DNA of 64,000 nt from Phoronis australis. Lineage: Eukaryota; Animalia; Phoronida. Under the pieces are notes generated by a model. That model saw only the letters and a list, made by a program, of their open reading frames with translations, was not told the DNA's origin and did not search any database. The stretch lies in contig NMRA01000089.1 in the NCBI GenBank assembly GCA_002633005.1, positions 793,895 to 857,894 of the forward strand, given 5' to 3'. The position numbers and the translations under genes were made by a program. This document shows positions 39,201 through 48,200 of the stretch, in pieces (the first letter of the stretch is position 1; each line of letters starts with the position of its first letter).

Positions 39201-42200
39201 CCCCTCACTCAAAATCCTGGATCCACACCTGTGCAGAGCATTATTTTGTTTCAGAGAACTGGATGGGAAAGTCGTTTTTAGTATCTGTTAATAGGGCAAC
39301 CGGGTTTGGTATCCTTTTAACACCCACTCCCAGTTTGTAAGTCCTCGGCAGAGGAATACGGTTTGTCCAGTACTTCATGTCAAATCCAATTTGATGTCAA
39401 TTACATTTGTTCATCAGGTGCTCCTGGTACAAGACTGGATGGCTATTCGCTGGTTTTGTTCAATGGTCGCACGGAGGAGGCCTATTGGGTTAAGTCTCTT
39501 GATGGTTACAGAGTGAACAGTAATGGACTGTTCACTATTGGTTCATCTAAAGTTGACAATGTGGATGTTGCTTTCATGAACATGGTAGGTTATAACAAGT
39601 ACTGATAGAGTTTTAACCAAACACTTCGTTTGTGACAATTCAAATATCCCCTTTGACTCAATCACTTGTATCTGAATGACTGTTGTGTGATTTGATTTAA
39701 AACTCGGTATTCACAGAGCCTGGACACGGGAATCTTTCCTAAAAAATACTAGACTTCCTGCAGTTGGTCTTGGCTCGTAGTGGCAATTTTTTGCATCCTC
39801 GGCCGTATCTTTGAAATTGCTCATAGGATCTTCGTGTAGTGTCATTAACTGTATTCTTATGAATGTGACAACAAATAATGTTAACTTCTGTTGGACAGCT
39901 CAGACTACCACTGTATCTCATAAAGGCAATTTTATTTTTTACATTTGCCTCTATATCTTCAAAGTTTCTGTATGAATTTTTATGAAATTTTGCAGTTAGG
40001 TTTCTGGTAGGGAGAGAGCAAGTCCTTCCCATTTTCAAATGGGTTCAACATATTCTGCACTAACTATTGGCCATTTTTACTGTACTTACGGTAAAGTCGC
40101 GTGATTTTCGGACGGCCCGCCATTTTCGACCAAGAATAAATATTTCCGAAATGAGTTTTTCATAGTCCACGAAATTCGTACAAGGTCCAAAAACTGTTTT
40201 TCAAAGATCCTCGAATTTCGGACATTGTCATAAACATCGGAATTTTGTCCCGCGACTTTCGGACAAGGAAAATTTTAGAAACGCTAATTTGGGATCGACG
40301 CAACTCCCGTGTCACTAAAGCGTTCAACCGACGGATGATTACTACTGTATAAGGCTTGAGTCCGAGAATCGGTATAACGGGTTTGTAATTTTTACCGTTA
40401 CTCGATTGTCTTGCGTTTAGCTTGTGTTTGGCGCTTTAGCTATGAAAAGAATCACCGAGTTCCGCGCACGAAAATTTCTGATGAAAATACAAATAGGAAA
40501 TACACCGAAGGCTGCAACTTTTCGTTGTAGCGTAACATGTGCTCTGGTTTAAATAGGCCGTGCTGTTCGACTCCCGACTGTGACATTGAACATGCACGCC
40601 TGACATCAACTTGCGTGTTTACGAAACGTTTTTAATTTAAAACGTCCTGGCCTTTGCAAATGCCCAACTATCGCCGGACAATAAAGTTTTGCTGCCACTT
40701 ACCTGCATCCCGGCGAACGATTGAAATCTTCGTGCAGCCGTTCTGGGCTTGCTTAATAATTTTGAATGGGACAGTTAGCAAGGAATGAGCATCCACTGAC
40801 TAACATTTAGACGTGCTTCTGACAACGCAATTTTTGGGTTGAAACGAAAATTTTTCATTAAAAATCTGTTTGCAGTTCAAACGTCTTTCGTTTTTCAGTG
40901 TCTTCTTGGTAGTGCTCATTCGTGTAATGTGTTAAGCAGTGTAAGGCCCAGCACTCAGAACGGCGCGTTGGCGCAGTGCCACACACACAATTGCTACAGG
41001 GACACTGCATCCCTGCCTTATGTTGTGTAAGTGCCTGTACTATAACACATATCAAAAACTAATATACATCCACGTAACCACGCTTCACTACCCTTACAAA
41101 TTCTCTATCTCTGATAAGCATCGCAGATGCAAGAATATCGCTAAAGAAGCTAGTGTGATCGTGTGCTTCGCTTGCAATACTTGACCATACGTCTCGAAGT
41201 CTTCAGACAAGCTTGCTCGTGAGATTCTCACCCTTGCGGCCCTGGACGAAGACTAGTGTAGAGTTCAGTAGCTGTCTTGGGAATAGAAAAATCTAGCCAA
41301 AATCACGTTTTCAACTGAAAATACACAATATGTCACGTAATTTCATGAATTCTTGCTTTTTAGTGAAGGCCTAGCGTTACGAGATTTACCCCTATGTAGA
41401 CCTAAAAAAGATTGAATATGCGGCGACCTAATTTTGCTTGCTCATCCACTGGTCTTTGTACTTGTGGTCTTGTTAATTCGCGCCTTGTACCGTCTGAGGT
41501 ACAACACCCTGGACTCCATGGTGTCCCGAGATTAAGATGAATCCCGACAACTGAGGACACCTGGACATGGGCGGCGCACCATAGTGGACTGGGGCGGGCT
41601 ATAACCTCCCACTTTTTTCAGTGCTACGCCACGCATGGTCCGGCAATAGGCGATGCACCACAGGGGTCTGAGGGGGGCTTTAGCCCCCCACTTTTTTCAG
41701 TGCTGCGCCGCCCAAGCGGTACCCTGTGGCACTCGATCTCTGTCTGCGGCGACCATAAGAAAATACTCCAATCATTTCCAAAAATGATGAGTCAGTTGAA
41801 TCAGATTTGATAGTCATTGCTTCTTGCGGTCCTAGGGGTAGGCTAACAAGAATACAGGACCTGCAGTCCGATGCAACGAGCCTGGGACCTTATAGGTGTT
41901 TCCTACCTGGAGTTCCATATCTACTTTCCACAGGGCCTGGTCTTCTTGTCCATGTCACCGCCTTCAGTTGATAGTTTTGAGACAAAAAAAGAAACGTGAT
42001 CTTAAACTACAGACTATGATTTTTGTATTACTTAAGATAGTTTTAGAGGCATTTTAGCTGTAACTGTGTTTAATTGTGTTTGATTCGAAAGAGATGACTG
42101 TTACATTGCTAATTATTATTGTTCTATTTTTACCCGAGGTGATGCCTTACGTACAGCAAGGGTAAATAATTTTGGGAAGTATTACCAGTGATTTCCGTAT

Positions 42201-45200
42201 ATAAGTTCGGGAAACCAAACGTCTATGTAAAAATACACCAGGGCCTATACTCGGCAATGTCGAATACACGAACACAGTATAAATACTGTATCTCACCCTA
42301 ATTATATTCTAGTGGGAATAGCATTATTTTCAGATTTCAAGCATGCATTTTTATTCTCAGATATGCATCCAGGTATATTTTAGGGAAAAAATTTAAGATA
42401 CGCAAATTGGGCATATATTCTGCTGGACTTACATACGGAAATCTACGGGGGATCTTCTTAAACCTGTAAACCATGAAAATTTCATTGAGACAGTTTTGTT
42501 CTACTAACATGTTCAACTAACATTCCGTTCATGCAAGTCGGTCAGTACGTTCGCATTTAAGGCGTTATTGCAACAGGTAAGTGTTGTTTTGATTTTTGTT
42601 TGGTGCTTCCATATTTTATTTTGTTATGTATTCCTGTCTTCAGATAGTCACTGTTATTCTTCAACAACATTTCTGTACTTATAATGAGACTTCAGTAAAC
42701 TCGCGACTGTTCATACTTTAAATGTTAGCAGAAGTGTGTAGTGTCCATCAGCAGAGACCTGTGGGAAGAACTATTTTCCGTAACTGTAGCAAATATATGA
42801 CGCAATGAAATGAAAACGGTCGACATAGATGAATTGTAATTGGTTAAATGTATATTAAGAAAGAAAATTAAGTATATAAATAGTAGACCGGTTCTTGAAT
42901 TGCCTGGTTTACGTCCTTCATGAGTTCACCTGTCCCAAATTGAGTGCTTTCGTTTTTCTTTTCAGGTCGTCACTAGTCGATTCTTCTAACAGTCGTGATC
43001 TGCCCAGTAGCCTATTGTATCAACGTGCGCAACAACGGTCTTGGCAGGGGGTTGCACCTAGCAGACTCCCTTAGAATTAGTGGCACAAAATCGACATTGG
43101 TGTGCAGCAGGAGGCCGAGGGGGGGAGGGGTGGCGGCGTAAATTAGTAGTGACTGAGGGAGACTGAGCTGCGCGAAATTGGTGATGACCGTGGACGGCGC
43201 TAAACTGGTGACGACCAGAAGAAACGGCCCTGTTATCTTCCTCGCAGATTATCAGAAAATGCTAACGATTATCAGTTTCATTTCATCCACAAACAGATTT
43301 CACAAGTCAGAGTTTTCACTGTGGTTGAAAACGTAAGCGAACCCAGATGTGTTAGGTCACCTCAGTTGCATGAAGACGCGCCAGTGTATCACTGAGTTAA
43401 TATCGGGCGTTTCAAAGGCTGTGGATGAGAAAGGTTTTAATTGTAAAAAAACGGTTGGGTGAATTTGATGTTGGTAGCATTTGAAATTGCATTTGCTTTC
43501 TAGTCAACGCCCTTATATATACAATATGTTAGTTAATCGTGTCTTCAGCCGCGCAGCACTGTACTAGTCGACGCATTCCCATCGTTTGCAGTAGGCCTAA
43601 ACATGTAGAACGACAGCGCTTCTTCAACAATTCAGACGACTACCAGGACGACAAATGGGGATCACGAGTAGATGAGAAACTACTCGTTTTATTATCATGA
43701 TTGTCTTTTTAATCTGTTTTGGGTAATTGTTCAATCAAAGTTTTTATGTTGAAACTGAGCTTTCAGATAATATGGAAATAAACGTGTCAGAGTTAACTTG
43801 CGTTTCGGTTTGTAACCAGCAGACAATGCATGGATACGTTTAACAAACATAAATATATGCTATGTTCTTGTCATTGTTCGTCACTTTCTTCACTGAACTC
43901 GTTCCCACATCCATTACTGTTACGTTTAATGCAAAATTCGTTAAAATTGAGAAAGCGCATGTTTTGATGGTCGGGAACCCTCTTTGTGCGCCGAATACGC
44001 AAGTCCAGCTTTTTATTGGGAAACCATGCGTTGACAGCGCAAACTCGACATTTTTTATTGAGAAAACGCATTTTTACAAAAGAGAATCCGTTGTCTGTAA
44101 CGTTTCATGTGCGTCAACAACGCAAACCAGACCCACTCATTGAAAAGCCCATATTTGTCACCAGGAAGACTCTTCACAACGCAGCCCGGTGAGATAGCGC
44201 AGTTTTGAAAAGATTCCGTCTCTTGCCGAGAACGATTTTTGAGCATCGGCATTGCAAGCCGAATATTTCATATTGAGAAAGCACATCTTTGAAAAGAAGA
44301 ACCAACACTTGTTGGGAACGGTCTTTGTGCGTCGACGACGCGCATTTCTTATTGGGAAAGCCAGATTTTCAAAAATTAATCGCTCAGACCATTTGAGTCT
44401 CATTTACCTGCAATTATACTGCTATCAAATGACCGAGCCAGCATTGTTGATACTGCGACGCTCATCGAAATAATGTACACCCACGAAATTCGGACACTAG
44501 CGGAAACCCAAATTTGGAGGTCCGCCAAATTCGGACACCACAAAATGATATTTCGCGAGATTCGTCCAAGAATGAATTTTTTCTATTGGAATTAATTTTC
44601 AGTGTCCGAAAATCACGCGACTTTACCGTACTAACACCCCTTGAAGCATACTGTTTGCGGTGTAGTCATAGGTGTATTTAAACCCTTTGTGTCGCTCTTG
44701 TTAATTTGTATTAGCCCACATATTTACATGTGGGTACATATTGCTGTCGTCTCTGTCTGGGCGTCCGGCGTCTGCAGCTGTATCTCGTAAACCCCTCACA
44801 GGATCTTGTTGAGATTTGGAAGGTGTGTTCCTACGAAGCTGACGACGGATAACAACGAATTTCGGATGAATCTGACTACATGTGTGACCCCTTTTGGCAA
44901 TTTTATTTTTTATTTATGTTTACCTCTGTATCTTCAGAGGTCCTCAACCGATTTTTATAACATTTGACAGTTAGGCACCTATCAGTGAGATGACGCTATC
45001 CTCCCGTTTTCGGATGGATTCGAGGTATTTTTCGCCATCTAATGGCCATTATTTTTACTGTTTTCGAGGTTTTTGGCGTCTGCCACTCTGTCAACCATAC
45101 CACTTTAAGGATGATTTTGAAAATTGGCATAAAAAATAGGCTCCTATGTTGAAGAAGAGGGCTGACGATGATTTTCCGACAACTTTGGTTACTGTGGTGC

Positions 45201-48200
45201 CTCCTAGTGGCTGTTTTGTTTGTTTTTGCGCCCATGGCTTTATCGCCTAAACGCTCTACAGGATCTTCACTAAATTTAGTAAAATGTATGAAGTTGACAA
45301 CAGACATTGATGACTTTCGGTCTGATTGGACTACCGGTGTGCCCCCAAGTGGTAATTTAGTTTTTTATGTCTACCTCTATCTTCAAAGGTCCTAATCATT
45401 TCTCCATAAAATTTGACAGATAGGCATCTATTAGTGAGATGACGCTATCTGGATTGATTCATGTTATTTTGCGCCACCTAGTGGCCATTTTTACTGTTAT
45501 CGACTACAGTGGCACCTCCCAGTGGCAGTTTTGTTTTAGTTACGCCCATGGCTGTATCTCTCGAGCTGTCTTCAGGATCTTTTGAAATTTAGCAAGTTTA
45601 CAATGGACAGCGACGACTTTCAGACGAATCCGACAAATGTTGTGCCCCACTAGTGGCAATTTAATTTTTTTTTTCTGTTTTCCTCTGTTTCTCCAATTCA
45701 ATCTCCTTGACAGATTTTCATGAAATTTGGAAAATAGCTTTCTATTGAAACGATGACATGTTCCTGTTGTTTTTGGATGGATTCAACATATTTTGTGTCA
45801 TATAGTGGCCATTCTTCTGTTTCGTAGTCTGTTTTTGCGTCTGCCCCTCTATCAAATCACTCAGTATGATTGTGAAAATTTCCTTACATGTTCTTATTGT
45901 GAACAGGACAGTTGGCGACGATTTTCCGACGACTTCGATTACAGTGGTGCCCCCTAGTGGCAGTAATGTTTTTTGCGCCAATAGCCCCCTATTGGCTTTT
46001 TCATTTTTTCCATTTTCCTGGTTCTCTGAAGTTCCTTGACAGACTTTTATATTTGATAGATAGCTTTTTATTAAAAAAGCGATAACAAGTTCCCGTTTTT
46101 GGATGGATTCAACTTATTTTGTGTCATCTAGTGGTCATTTCTGTGGTACAAATAAACACCCCAAGAAGCACACTGTGTACGTTGCCTTCGTGGGCGCATT
46201 TCAACGTTCCGCGTTGCTCTTGTCTAAAAAGCCATTCTTCAAGGCTATCGTAACACCACAATTTACCGCGGTTGTTTTTACCCTAGGGCCTTGTGCAAAA
46301 TGGCATCGATGCTGTTACATTATTCGACGGCAGGGGTCTTTCATTGTCTACAAACATGCGTTTTGACAGCACTGGCCTGAGGGATGCAGTCTTTTATACT
46401 AAGTACCCTAGTGACGCTGGTGCCGAAGGATTCTTTGAAAGTGTTATGAAGTCCACCAGTAACGACATCATTATCGAGGATCAAGGGTTAGTGGATGTGG
46501 ATTGATCATATTTCGATAATGTTTCTCTGTAGCTTTCTAATAAGTGAACTTACTGTCACTGTTGCTAGGACGTACACAGCTTGGTGTCCAGTATCATGCT
46601 GTTCTCATAGTACGCAGTGCAGGGCTAATTTCTTGTGGTTGGTTGGGAAACACATTTTGACCTAGGGCGTTATGAAATTCGTGATTACCATGGAAAATAG
46701 TGGGGGTAAATTCGGTCGATTCTTTCCACATATCTGTGCCTCAGTGATGCTTGCTTTCTTATAGGTGTGTAGCAGCTGTATGTGGCACAAGTATTAGTAA
46801 CTCTGCTTTGCATAGTATATGTAGTCATCAGTTATTTTGTGGTATAATCTCTCAATTTTAGAACACAATACGACCGACATGTGAAATTTTGTTTTCTCAG
46901 GTGTGTAGGTCTCAATGAGAACAAATAAATCAGTTTGAAATTAACTTTCAATTGGAAAAGAAAACCTAGTTGCTACTTTGCCTTTAAGTCTGATGTCAGG
47001 GTTATTCAACCAGCAACCACACTGCTACCAATTTGTGTTATCAACACTGAATGCCGTGTATTTTCTAAGTTTGTTGGATTCTGCATTGCTAATAAGAATG
47101 TTTCCTCCGAAATATCCCGTTATTCCATGCTCACCATTTCAGATTCCGTGATGGCACCGAGAGTATTAACCGTTGTTCCTGCGACACGGCTCTCAAGTCT
47201 CGGTGTTTCATTCTCTCACAACCAACGCCTAACCAGCCCAATGCATGTCCCGTCTCTACATTATCCGTGCCCTTCCAAATGAGGTTGACCGATGCCAAGT
47301 GTTCTAGATGGCAGATTGGTGGTAGGGACAACCAGACAAAGCTGTTCCTTCTGAGGGATCTGGTCTCCACCACTGTCAACAAGAAGTGTAATTGTGGTTT
47401 CTCAGCAGATTACATTGCAAGTGAGCTTTCAGTTGTAATCATTTATTTAAAATATTGAACTTTTCAAAGTACAAAATGTTGTGATTGAAAACATGAAAAG
47501 GGACTGGACTATCATCCACACACACATTTCTGCACACGATCTCGCAGTTTCTCATCATGCGCACGATCTCACAGTATCTCAGTCTTCAAACCACCTGCAC
47601 TTTCCAATAATAAATATATTTTTTACAGGCTAAATTTGTCGCTGTTCAGTAGTCCCTGACAAAATTTAAAAAATCATTTATTAACACTCAATTTTTGCTC
47701 TACACTTATAAATAAACATCAGAATGTCATGTAGCAGTTCTAGTTAGGTAAGTATACCAAAAATGACTTCTACAGGAGAGGATGTCAACCAGGACACTTG
47801 TCTATAACATCTCATCTATTTTACGTGACCATTTTGCTTTAGAGCAAAGTAGTCATGATGCTGTTGTTGACAAGTGTGCTGGTCAACATCCTCTCCTATA
47901 AAACAATCATTTTTGGTATAGTAACTAATTATTTTATCGTGATTGCTGTAATCGTTGTAGTAAATGTTTTTGATCTTAGATTTCAGTATTATCCGCTGTG
48001 GTAGTATCACATTTGAAGGCTACTTGCAAGCTATCAATAAGGAACAGCAGTTAAAGATTATGAAAGGCTTCTCAGAATTCATAAACTCAACCCAGTTAAT
48101 CACGATTGATTCGGAAACATTCGCAATCGATAGGAAGTGTCACATGACGTGCTCGCCATCCAATGAAAAGCACCGTAAGTGGAACTGTTGTTTTGCTTAG

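Noticed and set aside
40300-40800. Second HIRAN-like trace (AIVGHLQR) on the minus strand
   Set aside because: Only one short motif matches and the flanks do not fit.
43862-44473. Cluster of overlapping ORFs or a CRISPR-like array
   Set aside because: The repeats are degenerate with irregular spacing inside a eukaryotic transposon; there are no cas genes and no recognisable protein motif.
46568-46665. Possible extra exon after 46486
   Set aside because: The frame ends in a stop and lacks the repeat consensus; the exon at 47143 supplies the expected SINRC...PTP motif in the right phase.
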